NCBI GenBank assembly: GCA_963749075.1
Contig: CAVVLJ010000021.1
Span: forward strand, 672,001-736,000
From: an uncultured Pseudomonadota bacterium
GTDB lineage: Bacteria > Pseudomonadota > Alphaproteobacteria > JACZXZ01
Length of the DNA stretch: 64,000 nucleotides
Direction: 5' to 3'
This document shows, one piece after another, positions 1 through 11,263 of this stretch. The stretch's first letter is position 1; every line of letters starts with the position of its first letter. The notes under the pieces are model-generated. The model made no database searches. It worked only from the letters and a program-made list of their open reading frames with translations, and had not been told where the DNA came from. The position numbers were made by a program, and so were the translations under genes.

Positions 1-129
1 AGGACGACCGATCTCCGTCCGCTCTCGAGTCCCGCGGCCGCGCTTTCGGTCAAGGCGCGGTTGTGCTACCGTCCGCGGTGTTCGGGAGGGAGCCATCTGG
101 GGAGTCCCGCGAAAAAGGGGGGAGCGAAA

Positions 130-450
130 ATGCCGAAATTCCTGATCAAGGGGAGCTACAGCGCCGAGGGGCTGAAGGGCCTGCAGAAGGACAAGGCGTC
201 AGGCCGCGAGAAGTCGATCGCGGCCGCCTGCAAGGCGCTCGGCGGCAAGCTCGATGCCTTGTACTACGCGCTCGGGGATGACGATGTGTTCGCCGTCGTC
301 GATATGCCGAGCCACGTGCACATGTCCTCGCTCTGCGTCGCGGTCGGGGCGAGCGGGATGGTGAGCACGCGCACCGTGCCGCTACTCACGGTCGCGGAAA
401 TGGACAAGGCGCTCGGCGAGGGCACGAAATACCGGCCGCCCGGCGGCTAA
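130..450 (+). CDS. GYD domain-containing protein
   Basis: ATG at 130 after GGAG. The sequence MPKFLIKGSYSAEG...LGGKLDALYYALGDDDVFAVVD fits the small GYD family. Confidence 0.8.
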   Translation: MPKFLIKGSYSAEGLKGLQKDKASGREKSIAAACKALGGKLDALYYALGDDDVFAVVDMPSHVHMSSLCVAVGASGMVSTRTVPLLTVAEMDKALGEGTKYRPPGG

Positions 451-540
451 GCTGCGCGACCGGCCCTGCCGCCCACGCGATTGGCGCCCGGCGAGGATAC
501 GGGGCTGGGCGGGCATTGGGCCGTGGCCGCTCGCCGTCGC

Positions 541-591
541 ATGACCGTTCTGGCGTTCCTCCTCGCCCAAGCCGACGAGGTGATCGAATGA
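541..591 (+). pseudogene. 3'-terminal remnant of an ABC substrate-binding protein gene (MTVLAFLLAQADEVIE*)
   Basis: Translates to the family's diagnostic C-terminus. Its last 21 bp are identical to 1539-1559, and its TGA overlaps the ATG at 588. Confidence 0.65.
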
Positions 592-1559
592 TCTCGCGGC
601 GCGAAATCTTGGGCGCGCTGTTCGGCTGCGGCGCGCTTGCCTGGACCATCGCTGCGCGGGCCCAGCAAACGGCACGAGTACCCCGAATAGGCCTCCTCGA
701 TCCCGGGCTTGCACAGCTCTTTGCGGCCTTTCTCAAAGGGATGCAGGATCTGGGCTATGAGGAAGGACGGAACGTGGCCTACGTGCGGCGTTCCGCCGAG
801 GGCCACGCCGAGCGCATTCCCGCCCTCGCCGCCGAGCTCGTGGACCTCAAGGTCAATGTGATCGTGACTGCCGCCCCGCAGGCGGTCCGTGCCGCCATGG
901 CCGCCACCGCGACGATCCCGATCGTCTTCGCGGCGGTCGGCGATGCGGTCGGACAAGGCATCGCGCTGAGCTTGGCGCGGCCCGGCCACAACGCGACCGG
1001 GTTCTCGTTCCTCAACACCGAGATCAGCGCCAAGCGCCTCCAGCTGCTTCACGAGGCGTTTCCGTCCGCGCGGCAAATCGCGGTGCTCGCGGATGGCAGC
1101 GGCCCGTCGAACAGCCTGGATGCCACCAAAGAGGCGGGCAGCAGCCTGGGGCTAGCACTTCAGATCCTGAGCGTGAGCGGCTCCGGCGAGTTCGAGGGCG
1201 CCTTCCAGGCCGCCGTCGCCGGCCGCGCCGAGGCGCTCGATGTTCTGGCATCGGCCTTCTTCAACGCAAACAGAGTACGCCTCGTCGAGCTGGCCGCACG
1301 CTACCGCCTTCCCGCCATGTACGAAACCGACGACTATGTGCATGCGGGCGGGCTCATGTCCTATGGGCCCAGCCTCACCGACCTCTTCCGGCGTGCCGCG
1401 AGCTATGTGGACAAGATTCTCAAGGGAGCGAAGCCCGGCGACCTCCCGGTCGAGCAGCCGACCAAGTTCGAGCTGGTGATCAATCTCAAGACCGCCAAGG
1501 CGCTCGGCCTCGCCATCCCGGCGTTGCTGCTTGGCAGCGCCGACGAGGTGATCGAATGA
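571..1559 (+). repeat. Identical 21-bp direct repeats GCCGACGAGGTGATCGAATGA (571-591 and 1539-1559) bracketing the substrate-binding gene
   Basis: Both copies read directly from the sequence. Confidence 0.9.
588..1559 (+). CDS. ABC transporter substrate-binding protein (ABC_sub_bind family)
   Basis: Tat-like MISRREILG signal, GGLMSYG, KILKGAKPGDLPVEQPTKFELVINLKTAKALG, terminal ADEVIE. Confidence 0.9.
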   Translation: MISRREILGALFGCGALAWTIAARAQQTARVPRIGLLDPGLAQLFAAFLKGMQDLGYEEGRNVAYVRRSAEGHAERIPALAAELVDLKVNVIVTAAPQAVRAAMAATATIPIVFAAVGDAVGQGIALSLARPGHNATGFSFLNTEISAKRLQLLHEAFPSARQIAVLADGSGPSNSLDATKEAGSSLGLALQILSVSGSGEFEGAFQAAVAGRAEALDVLASAFFNANRVRLVELAARYRLPAMYETDDYVHAGGLMSYGPSLTDLFRRAASYVDKILKGAKPGDLPVEQPTKFELVINLKTAKALGLAIPALLLGSADEVIE

Positions 1560-4500
1560 GGCGCTTCAAGCTCAGCCTCTTCGTCAAATACGCCGCCCTC
1601 ATCGTCGGCCTGGTGATCGCCGTGCTGGTGATCAACGGCGCAATCGATCTCTGGTTCACTTATCAGGACAAGAAGCAGGAGCTGGTCGACCTGCAGAAGG
1701 AGAAGGCCGAGGCGGCGGCCCAGCGCATCGAGGAGTTCGTCACCGAGATCGAGCAGCAGGTGGGCTGGACGACCTTCGCGCAGTGGGCGCTGACGCCGGT
1801 CGAGCAGCGCCGCTACGATTACGTGCGCCTCTTGCGCCAGGTGCCGGCGATCACCGAGCTCGTCGAGCTCGACGGCCAGGGCAAGGAGCAGCTCAAGGTC
1901 TCGCGCCTCGCCATGGACGTGGTCGCGAGCGGCGCCGACCACTCGCGCGACGCGAGCTTCACCGAGGCGGTCGCCAAGCGCGTCTATTTCGGCCCGGTCT
2001 ACTTCCGCAAGGAGTCCGAGCCCTACATGACGATGGCACTCGCCGGCAGCGGGCGCAATGCCGGCGTCACCGTGGCCGAGGTCAATCTCAAGCTCATCTG
2101 GGACGTGGTCACGGCGCTCAAGGTCGGCAGGGAGGGCTACGCCTATGTGGTCGATCGCCGCGGCCGGCTCATCGCACACCCGGACATCAGCCTCGTGCTG
2201 CGCGACACCGACCTTGGGTCCCTGCCCCAGGTCGCGGCCGCGCGCGCGGGTGCGGGCGACACCGTGGCACTCGCGCGGAACCTCGCGGGCCGCCAGGTCT
2301 TGAGTGCCAGTGCCGCGATCCCGGAGCTCGGCTGGCACGTCTTCGTCGAGCAGCCGCTCGCCGAGGCCTTCACCCCGCTTTACGCGGCGGCCCTCCGGGG
2401 TGCCGCCATCGTCTGCTTCGGCCTCCTCTTAGCAGGACTCGCCGGGCTCTACCTCTCGCGCCGCATGATCGGGCCGATCCGCACGCTCGAGGCGGGCGCA
2501 CGGCGCATCGGCGGCGGCGAGCTCGCGCACAAGATCGAGATCTCGACCGGCGATGAGCTCGAGGAGCTCGCCGGCCAGTTCAACCGCATGAGCGAGCAGC
2601 TCCAGGAATCCTACGCCGGCCTGGAGCGCAAGGTGGAGGAGCGGACCAGCGAGCTGCAGGAGTCCTTGGCGCAGCAGACGGCGACGGCGGACGTGCTCAA
2701 GGTGATCAGCCGCTCCACCTTCGACCTCGAGCGCGTTCTCGATACGCTCGTAGAAACCGCCGCACGGCTCTGCGCTGCGGACCGCGGCAGCGTCTTTCGG
2801 TTGGAGGGCGATGCTTTTCGGGTGGCGGGGTCCTATGGCCAATCACAGGAATTCATGAGGTTCCTCGAGGAAAATCCCCTCCGCCGGGACCGCGGATCGC
2901 TCGCCGGCAGAACAGTTCTGGAGGGCCGCTTGGTTCACATCGTCGATGTCCTGGCCGACCCCGAGTATATAGTGGCGAACTACGCGAAGCTTGGGGGTTT
3001 CCGGACGGGGCTTGGCGTACCGCTGGTGCGGGAAGGGGTGCCTTTTGGGGCGTTCGTGCTCGTCAGAAAAGAAGTGCGCGCCTTTACCGACAAGGAGATC
3101 GAGCTTATCGCCACCTTTGCCGACCAGGCGGTCATCGCGATCGAGAACGTGCGCCTCATCACCGAAACCCGCGAGGCGCTGGAGCGGCAGACCGCCACGG
3201 CCGAGGTGCTACAGGTCATCAACGCCTCGCCCGGCGACTTGGCGCCGGTCTTCGACGCGATGCTGGAGAAGGCGACGCGAATCTGCGAGGCGGGTTTCGG
3301 CACGCTTTATCTTCGCGAGGGCGAAGCGTTCCGCGCGGTCGCCATGCACGGCGTCTCACCGGCGTTCGCCGAGACCCGGCGTGGCCTCATCCAACCCGGC
3401 CCCAACACCGCCCTGGCACTCGTTGCCCAAACCAAGAGCACGGTTCATATGGAGGACATTCGCACGCAGCAGGCCTATGCGGAGCGCGATCCGATGGCCG
3501 TCGCCAGCGTCGAGCGCGGCGGATTCCGAACGCTCCTCGCTGTGCCGATGCTGAAGGAAAGCGAGCTGATCGGCGTATTTTCCATATACCGCCAAGAAGT
3601 GCGTCCCTTCACCAAGAATCAGATCACGTTGGTCACGACCTTCGCCGACCAGGCGGTCATCGCGATCGAGAACGTGCGCCTCATCACCGAAACCCGCGAG
3701 GCGCTGGAGCGGCAGACCGCCACGGCCGAGGTGCTACAGGTCATCAACGCCTCGCCCGGCGATCTGGCCCCGGTCTTCGAGGCGGTGCTGGAGAAGGCGC
3801 TGCGCCTCTGCGCGGCGTCGTTCGGACACGTCTTTCGCTATGACGGTACGTCCATGCGCCTTGCCGCGAGCCAGGGCATGCAGATCGAGGAGGCCGGCTA
3901 TTTCCGCGAATGGGTGCCCGACGCGGGCAGCGCCGTGGACGAGGTGGTGCGGGGTGCCGCCAAGGTTCACATCGTCGACGTGGTCGATACCGATGCCTAT
4001 CGCTCCGGCATCGTGTCCCGCGTGAAGCTCGTCGAGATTTTCCGCGCCCGCACCGCGCTGTGGGTTGCCTTGCGCAAGGACGAGGCGCTTCTCGGCGTCA
4101 TCGTCATCTACAGACGGGAAGTCCGCGCCTTTACCGACAAGCAGATCGCACTCCTCGAGACCTTCGCCGATCAGGCGGTGATCGCGATCGAGAACGTCCG
4201 CTTGCTCAACGAGCTGCGCGAGCGGAGCGCCGAGCTGGCGCGCTCGGTCGAGGAGCTCGAGACGCTGGGCGAGGTCGGCCAGGCGGTGAGCTCGACGCTC
4301 GATCTCGAGACCGTGCTGACGACGGTCGTGACCCGCGCGGTGGAGATCGCCGAGGCGGATTCCGGGGCGCTCTTCCGTTATAGCCGCGAGCGCCGCGAAT
4401 TCCGTCTCTACCGGGCCGTCGGCTTCGACGCGGCGCTCTTGGCCGAGGCCCGCGCCGTCCGCATCCCGCTCGAGCAGAGCACGCTCGGCCTCGCGGCAAC

Positions 4501-5481
4501 GCGCCGCGCGCCGGTCGAGACAACGTCCTTGGCCGACATGCCGGCGAACGCGATGCGCGATCTCCTGATCGGGGCGGGATTCCACTCGAGCGTGGTGGTG
4601 CCGCTCGTCTATGGCGAGCGCATCCTCGGCGGCTTCACGCTGCAACGCCGGACCGAGAAGCCGTTTCCCGCCAACGTGCTGAGCCTGCTGCTCACGCTCG
4701 CGAACCAATCGGCCATGGCCATCCAGAACGCGCGCCTCTTCCGCGAAATCCAGGAGCAGAGCCGCCAGCTCGAGCTCGCGAGCCAGCACAAATCGCAGTT
4801 CCTCGCCAACATGAGCCACGAGCTGCGCACGCCCCTGAACGCGATCCTCGGCTATACCGAGATGATGGCCGACGGGCTCTACGGCGAGCTCGGCGAGAAG
4901 GCGAAGGGCGTCCTGGAGCGCGTGCAGGCGAACGGCAGGCACCTCCTCGGCCTCATCAACGACGTGCTCGATCTCTCCAAGATCGAGGCCGGGCAGCTCA
5001 AGCTCAGCATCGACAATTACTCGCTGCCCGCCGTCGTGCAGCAGGTGCTGTCCGCGACCGAGTCGCTCGCGCGCAACAAGTCGCTTCAGCTGACCGCGAC
5101 CATCGCGGAGGCCATGCCCGCGGGACGCGGCGACGAGCGGCGGCTGACCCAGGTGCTGCTCAATCTCGTCGGGAACGCGATCAAGTTCACCGACAAAGGC
5201 TCGGTCACGATCCGCGCCTTGGCCGAGGGCGGGCGTTTCGAGATCGCGGTCGTCGACACCGGCCCGGGAATCAAGCCCGAGGACCGCGCGCGCATCTTCG
5301 AGGAGTTCCAGCAGGTCGACGACACCAACACGCGCAAGAAGGGCGGCACCGGGCTCGGCCTCGCCATCTCGCGGCGCATCGTCGAGATGCACGGCGGCCG
5401 CATCGAGGTGGACTCGGCCGTGGGACAGGGCTCCACCTTCCGTGTCATCATCCCCCAACGCGCCGAGGAGGTACTGGCCGC

Positions 5482-5485
<4 letters not shown>
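1556..5485 (+). CDS. Sensor histidine kinase: TM-Cache-TM-HAMP-4xGAF-HisKA-HATPase
   Basis: H-box FLANMSHELRTPLN, N-box NLVGNAIKF, G boxes DTGPGI and GGTGLGL; repeated FADQAVIAIENVRL GAF ends. Confidence 0.93.
3119..3762 (+). repeat. Identical 119-bp intragenic direct repeats (3119-3237 and 3644-3762) encoding the inter-GAF linker
   Basis: GCCGACCAGGCGGTCATCGCG...GCCTCGCCCGGCGA occurs twice, 525 bp apart. Confidence 0.88.
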
Positions 5486-5847
<362 letters not shown>

Positions 5848-5865
5848 TCGGACTGGTGCGGCACC

Positions 5866-6981
5866 ATGCGCAACCCCGCCCGCATCCTCGTGGTCGACGA
5901 CACGCCCGACAACGTCGAGGTGCTCAAGGTGCGCCTGGAGAGCCAGGGCTACGAGGTGGCGACCGCCTTCGACGGCGAGGAGGGGCTCGCGAAAATCCGG
6001 TCGGAGAGCCCCGACCTCGTGCTCCTCGACATCATGATGCCCAAGCTCGACGGCATCGAGGTGTGCCGGCGCGTCAAGGCGGATGCCACGCTGCCGTTCA
6101 TCCCCATCATCATGGTGACCGCCAAGGCGGACACGCGCGACGTGGTCGCCGGCCTGGAGGCGGGCGGCGACGACTATCTCGCCAAGCCCGTCGACCACGC
6201 CTCCCTCACAGCACGGGTGCGCTCGATGCTGCGCATCAAGGCGCTGCACGACCAGGTCCAGGCGCAAGCCCGCGAGCTCGCCGCCTGGAACCGCAGCCTC
6301 GAGGAGCGCGTCCAAGCGCAAGTGAAGGAGATCGAGCGCGTCGGCCGCCTCAAGCGCTTCCTGCCGCCCCAGGTCGCCGAGCTCATGGTCGGCTCCGGCG
6401 ACGAGCGCATCATGGAGAGCCACCGGCGGGATATCGTGGCGCTCATGTGCGATCTCCGCGGCTTCACCGCCTTCGCGGAGACCGCCGAGCCCGAGGACGT
6501 GATGGCGCTCCTGCGCGGCTATCACGAGACGGTCGGCCCCCTCGTCTTCGCGCACGAGGGCACCCTCGAGGGCTTCATCGGCGACGGCATGCTGGTCTTC
6601 TTCAACGATCCGCTGCCGTGCCCGGATCCCGCCGAGCGCGCGGTCAGGCTCGCCATCGCCATGCGCGAGGCGGTCGAGCGGCTCAAGGGCGAATGGCGCC
6701 GGCGCGGCCACGCGATCGGCTTCGGCGTCGGCATCGCTCAGGGCTATGCCACGCTCGGCCGCATCGGCTTCGAGGGCCGGCAGGAATACAGTGCCATCGG
6801 CACGGTCATCAATCTGGCAGCCCGGCTCTGCTCCGAAGCAAAGGACGGTCAGATCCTGATGAGCGAGCGCGTCGCCGTCGCCGTCGAGCACATCGTCGAG
6901 GCGAGCTCGATCGGCGAGATTGCGCTCAAAGGGCTGTCGCGCCCGGTCGTCACCTTCGACATAACGGGTCTCAAAGCATGA
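5866..6981 (+). CDS. Receiver domain + class III adenylate/guanylate cyclase
   Basis: N-terminal REC domain; cyclase motifs CDLRGFT, FIGDGMLVFF, IGTVINLAARL. Confidence 0.92.
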   Translation: MRNPARILVVDDTPDNVEVLKVRLESQGYEVATAFDGEEGLAKIRSESPDLVLLDIMMPKLDGIEVCRRVKADATLPFIPIIMVTAKADTRDVVAGLEAGGDDYLAKPVDHASLTARVRSMLRIKALHDQVQAQARELAAWNRSLEERVQAQVKEIERVGRLKRFLPPQVAELMVGSGDERIMESHRRDIVALMCDLRGFTAFAETAEPEDVMALLRGYHETVGPLVFAHEGTLEGFIGDGMLVFFNDPLPCPDPAERAVRLAIAMREAVERLKGEWRRRGHAIGFGVGIAQGYATLGRIGFEGRQEYSAIGTVINLAARLCSEAKDGQILMSERVAVAVEHIVEASSIGEIALKGLSRPVVTFDITGLKA

Positions 6982-7017
6982 TCGCCTGACCCGCGCGCTC
7001 GGCGGCGGCGGGCGATC

Positions 7018-7206
7018 TCAATCGCTTCCCGCTGCGCGCCCGGCGAGGCGCGCGAGGATCGCCGCGCGCTCGGCAGGCTCCAGCCCCGGCCAGCCGGCGA
7101 TCTCGGCGATGGTGCGCCGGCAGCCGAGGCAAAGCCCGCTTCTCGGGTCGAGCCGGCAGATGCCCACGCAGGGCGAGGCGGCAGGGGCGAGGCGCTCGCC
7201 CGCCAT
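7018..7206 (-). CDS. DUF1289 small cysteine-rich protein
   Basis: SPCVGIC..D..SGLCLGCRRTIAEIAGW signature. Confidence 0.85.
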   Translation of the reverse strand: MAGERLAPAASPCVGICRLDPRSGLCLGCRRTIAEIAGWPGLEPAERAAILARLAGRAAGSD

Positions 7207-7207
7207 G

Positions 7208-8320
7208 CTAGCTCCCCTCGCGCCCGGCGAGCCGGGCCTCGGCGGGCGGCGCCGGCGCCTCGGGCTCGTCGAACTCGAGCTGCTCGATGCGCTCGGCGCG
7301 CCGGGTCACCTTGTCGCTCGAGATGCGGATCTGGCGCACGTCCTCGCTGGTCTGGGCGAAGTGGCTCTGCAGCTTGGCGACGCGCTCGTCGAGGCGCACG
7401 ATGTCCTCGAGCAGGACATGGACCTCCTTCTGCACCACGCTTGCGAGCTCGCGCATGCGCACGTCCTTGAGCACGGCGCGGATGGTGTTGAGCGTGGCCC
7501 AGAGGGTCGTGGGCGAGACGATGAAGACGCGCTTGCGGTAGGACTGCTCGACCACGTCGGCGAAATTGACGTGGAGCTCGGCGTAGACCGCCTCGGAGGG
7601 GAGGAAGAGGAGCGCTGATTCGGCCGTCTCGCCGGGGACGATGTATTTCTCGGCGATGTCGGCGATGTGCTTCATCATGTCGCTGCGGAAGCTGCGCGCC
7701 GCCTGCTGGCGCTGGGCGTCGTCGGCCGCCAGGTGCAGCGCCCTATAGCTCTCGAGCGGGAACTTGGCGTCGATCGCGATGGGACCCGGCGGCGTCGGCA
7801 GGGCGAGCAGGCAATCGACGCGCTTGCCGTCGCCGATCTGGGCCTGGAAGCGGTAGGCGGCGGGCGGCAGCACGCTCGACACCAGCTCCTCGAGCTGCAG
7901 CTCGCCGAAGACGCCGCGCTGCTGCTTGTTGGAGAGGATCTGGTTGAGGCTCACCACCTGGCTCGAAAGCTCGCTGATGTTGGCCTGCGCCGCGTCGATG
8001 CGGGCGATGCGCTCGCGGAGCTCGCCGAGCTGCGCCGCCTGGGCCTCCGCCGTCCGCCCGAGCGTCTCGGCAACACGGCTCGCCACCTGGTCGAGGCGTT
8101 CCTCGAGGAGCTTCGAGAGCAGGCGCTCTTGGGCCTGCAGGCGCTCCGCCATCTGCGCGAGCGAGCCCGACTGGGCGCCCGCCATCTGGTCGAGCCGGCC
8201 GGCAAGCGATGCCATCTGGCGCTCGCCTTCCCCAGAACCGCCGCGGCGGAGGAGCAAGAGCAGTGTAGCGACGGCCGCCAGGACGACTAAACCGGCCACA
8301 ATGGCGGTAACGCTCTCCAT
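7208..8320 (-). CDS. rmuC: DNA recombination protein RmuC
   Basis: N-terminal TM and coiled coil, RGVFGELQLE, IAIDAKFP, FLPSEAVY, VFIVSPTTL. Confidence 0.92.
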   Translation of the reverse strand: MESVTAIVAGLVVLAAVATLLLLLRRGGSGEGERQMASLAGRLDQMAGAQSGSLAQMAERLQAQERLLSKLLEERLDQVASRVAETLGRTAEAQAAQLGELRERIARIDAAQANISELSSQVVSLNQILSNKQQRGVFGELQLEELVSSVLPPAAYRFQAQIGDGKRVDCLLALPTPPGPIAIDAKFPLESYRALHLAADDAQRQQAARSFRSDMMKHIADIAEKYIVPGETAESALLFLPSEAVYAELHVNFADVVEQSYRKRVFIVSPTTLWATLNTIRAVLKDVRMRELASVVQKEVHVLLEDIVRLDERVAKLQSHFAQTSEDVRQIRISSDKVTRRAERIEQLEFDEPEAPAPPAEARLAGREGS

Positions 8321-8472
8321 CTCTCCATCTCTCGTTGGTCCGGGCCAAGGCTATCACGCCCGCCGCGCGCTTATCGAGACGCTGATATCGGTCGGGACTC
8401 TTGACGCGCTTGCGGCGAAGCCATACCTAAGGCAAGACGCAACCGATTGGAACCGTTCCAAAGTACCTTGCC

Positions 8473-8997
8473 ATGGCCCTGCTGCCGATCATCACGGCCC
8501 CGGACCCGCGCCTCAAGGTCAAATGCACGCCCGTCGAGCGCGTGGACGGCACTGTCCGCCGCTTGATGGACGATCTGCTCGAGACCATGTATGCCGCCCC
8601 CGGCATCGGCCTTGCGGCCCCCCAGGTGGGCGTCGCCAGCCGTGTGCTCGTCGTCGACATCGCCAAGGAGGGCGAGGAGCGGGCGCCGCTCCGCATGGCC
8701 AACCCCGAGGTGCTGTGGCGCTCGGACGAGCTCGCGAGCTACGAGGAGGGCTGTCTCTCGCTCCCCGATCAATATGCGCCGGTCGCGCGTGCCTTGCGCT
8801 GCCGCGTGCGCTACCTCGACGCCGAGGGCGAGATGCGCAAGCTCGAGGCGGAGGGCCTGCTCGCCACCTGCATCCAGCACGAGATCGACCATCTGGAAGG
8901 CGTCCTCTTCGTCGATCACCTCTCGGCCTTGAAGCGCGGCATAATCCTGCGCAAGCTCCAGAAAGCGAGGAAGCAGAGGGAGGCCGTCTCCGCGTGA
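8473..8997 (+). CDS. def: Peptide deformylase
   Basis: GIGLAAPQVG, EGCLS, QHEIDHLEG motifs. Confidence 0.97.
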   Translation: MALLPIITAPDPRLKVKCTPVERVDGTVRRLMDDLLETMYAAPGIGLAAPQVGVASRVLVVDIAKEGEERAPLRMANPEVLWRSDELASYEEGCLSLPDQYAPVARALRCRVRYLDAEGEMRKLEAEGLLATCIQHEIDHLEGVLFVDHLSALKRGIILRKLQKARKQREAVSA

Positions 8998-9019
8998 GGC
9001 GCTCTCGAGGGCGCCTGCC

Positions 9020-9949
9020 ATGAGCCTCATGAGGCTTGCCTTCATGGGAACCCCCGACTTCGCCGTCCCGGCGCTGGCGGCCTTGGTTGCGGCCGGCCAT
9101 ACGGTCGCGGCCGTCTATAGCCAGCCCGCGCGGCCGGCCGGCCGCGGGCGGCACTTGAGGGCGACGCCGGTCGCGCGCTTCGCCCAGGCGCACGCGCTCG
9201 CCGTGCGCACGCCCGAGAGCCTGCGCGCGCCGGAGGAGCAGCGAGAGTTCGCCGAGCTCGGGCTCGACGCGGCGGTGGTGGCCGCCTATGGCCTGCTGCT
9301 GCCGCCGGCGGTCCTCGCCGCGCCGCGCCTCGGCTGCCTCAACATCCATCCCTCGCTCCTGCCGCGCTGGCGGGGCGCCGCCCCCATCGAGCGCGCCATC
9401 CTCGCGGGCGACGCCGAGACCGGGGTCAGCATCATGCAGATGGACGAGGGGCTCGATACCGGCGGCGTGCTCCTCCAGGAGCGCCTGGCCATCGACCCCG
9501 ACATGACGGCGGGCACGCTCGGCGAGGCGCTCGCCCGGCGCGGCGCGCGCCTCATGCTCGAGGCGCTCGGCGGCCTCTCGGCAGGCCGCCTCGCCGCGGT
9601 GCCGCAAGGGGAGCACGGCTTGAGCTACGCGCGCAAGATCGACAAGGCCGAGACGCGCCTCGACTGGCACCGCACGGCCGAGGACGTGGCACGCCAGGTG
9701 CGCGCCTTGAGCCCCTCGCCCGGCGCCTGGTTCGAGCTCGCGGGCGAGCGCATCCGCGTGCTCGCCGCCGTGGCGCTGGCGGGGAGAGCCGCGGCCCTTC
9801 CCGGCATGGCGCTCGACGACCGGCTGACCGTCGCCTGCGGCGCCGGCGCCTTGCGCCTCCTCAAGCTGCAGCGCGCGGGCGGCAAGGTCATGGCGGCCGA
9901 GGTCTACCTCCGCGGCCGAGCGCTCCCGGCCGGCACGGCGCTGGCGTGA
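9020..9949 (+). CDS. fmt: Methionyl-tRNA formyltransferase
   Basis: [33 protein letters not shown]; follows def. Confidence 0.97.
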   Translation: MSLMRLAFMGTPDFAVPALAALVAAGHTVAAVYSQPARPAGRGRHLRATPVARFAQAHALAVRTPESLRAPEEQREFAELGLDAAVVAAYGLLLPPAVLAAPRLGCLNIHPSLLPRWRGAAPIERAILAGDAETGVSIMQMDEGLDTGGVLLQERLAIDPDMTAGTLGEALARRGARLMLEALGGLSAGRLAAVPQGEHGLSYARKIDKAETRLDWHRTAEDVARQVRALSPSPGAWFELAGERIRVLAAVALAGRAAALPGMALDDRLTVACGAGALRLLKLQRAGGKVMAAEVYLRGRALPAGTALA

Positions 9950-10683
9950 CGCGCTACAGGCTCACCCTCGAATACGACGGGCGCGGCTTCGTCGGCTGGC
10001 AGCGCCAGGCGAACGGCCTCTCGGTGCAGGAGGTGCTGGAGACGGCGATCCGGCGCTTCTGCGGCGAGACCGCCTCCGTGCAGGCCGCGGGCCGCACGGA
10101 TGCCGGCGTGCATGCGCTCGGCCAGGTGGCGCACGTCGATCTCGCGCGCGAGGCGGCGGCCGACACGGTGCGCGACGCGCTCAATTTCCACTTGAAGCCT
10201 CACGCGGTCGCCGTGCTGGCGGCCGAGCGGGCGGCGGCCAACTTCCACGCGCGCTTCTCGGCGCGCGAGCGTGCCTACCGCTACCGCATCGTGAACCGCC
10301 GCTCGCCCTTGACGCTCGAGAGCGGCCGCGCCTGGCTGGTGCAGCCGCCGCTCGACCACGCGGCGATGCAGGCGGCCGCAGCCGGGCTCGTCGGCCGCCA
10401 CGACTTCTCGAGCTTCCGCGCCGCGGAGTGCCAGGCGAAATCGCCGCTCAAGACGCTCGATGCGCTGACGCTCGAGCGCGAGGGCGAGGTCATCGCGGTC
10501 GAGGCGCGCGCGCGCTCCTTCCTCCACCACCAGGTGCGCAACATGGTCGGTACCTTGAAGCTGGTGGGCGAGGGCAGCTGGACGCCCGCCGACGTGGGAC
10601 GCGCGCTCGCCGCGCGCGACCGCACCAAGGCGGGGCCCACGGCGCCCGCGGAGGGGCTTTATCTCGTCGAGGTGCTCTATTGA
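9946..10683 (+). CDS. truA: tRNA pseudouridine(38-40) synthase
   Basis: [34 protein letters not shown]. Confidence 0.97.
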   Translation: MTRYRLTLEYDGRGFVGWQRQANGLSVQEVLETAIRRFCGETASVQAAGRTDAGVHALGQVAHVDLAREAAADTVRDALNFHLKPHAVAVLAAERAAANFHARFSARERAYRYRIVNRRSPLTLESGRAWLVQPPLDHAAMQAAAAGLVGRHDFSSFRAAECQAKSPLKTLDALTLEREGEVIAVEARARSFLHHQVRNMVGTLKLVGEGSWTPADVGRALAARDRTKAGPTAPAEGLYLVEVLY

Positions 10684-10690
10684 GGGCGTC

Positions 10691-11263
10691 TCAGGCGAGG
10701 CCGAGGCGGCCGGCGACGATGCTGTTCACGGCGATGGTGAGCACGAGGTCGAGCGCCACCAGCGCCGCCGCGGTGAGCCGCGAGATCTGCAGCGCGGTGC
10801 GCGCGATGAACCACAAGATGACGACGGTGACGGCGAGCACCAGGAGGTCGACGAAGTTGGCGACCTCGGGTGCCACCCCGCTCGCCACGAAGGCCTTGGA
10901 CGGCAGCTCGAGCCCGTTGAGCAGCACGCCCGTCCAGTTGTAGGCGACGATGTAGAGGATGTAGTTGCGCTGGCGGCCGAGCGCCTCTGAGATGTAGTGC
11001 ATGGCGAGCGGGTAGAGGAAGACGAGGATGATGTAGGCGAGGCTCTCGAGGAGGAGGATGCGCGCGAGGCTCGCCTCGATGGCGTCGAGATCGAGATCGA
11101 GGAAGACGATGATGAAATAGATGGGTGCCGCCAGGAGCGCCGAATAGAACGAGCGCCAGAAGCCCTCGACCGTCGCGTTGAAATAGCCGAGCCCCTGGGG
11201 ATCGAGACGGCAGAGGCGATAGCCGCCGTAGAGCCCGTGGAGGATCTCCGGGAGGCCGATCAT
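10691..11263 (-). CDS. Conserved hypothetical inner-membrane protein
   Basis: ATG overlaps the dapE stop; about 5 hydrophobic segments ([20 protein letters not shown]). Confidence 0.75.
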   Translation of the reverse strand: MIGLPEILHGLYGGYRLCRLDPQGLGYFNATVEGFWRSFYSALLAAPIYFIIVFLDLDLDAIEASLARILLLESLAYIILVFLYPLAMHYISEALGRQRNYILYIVAYNWTGVLLNGLELPSKAFVASGVAPEVANFVDLLVLAVTVVILWFIARTALQISRLTAAALVALDLVLTIAVNSIVAGRLGLA

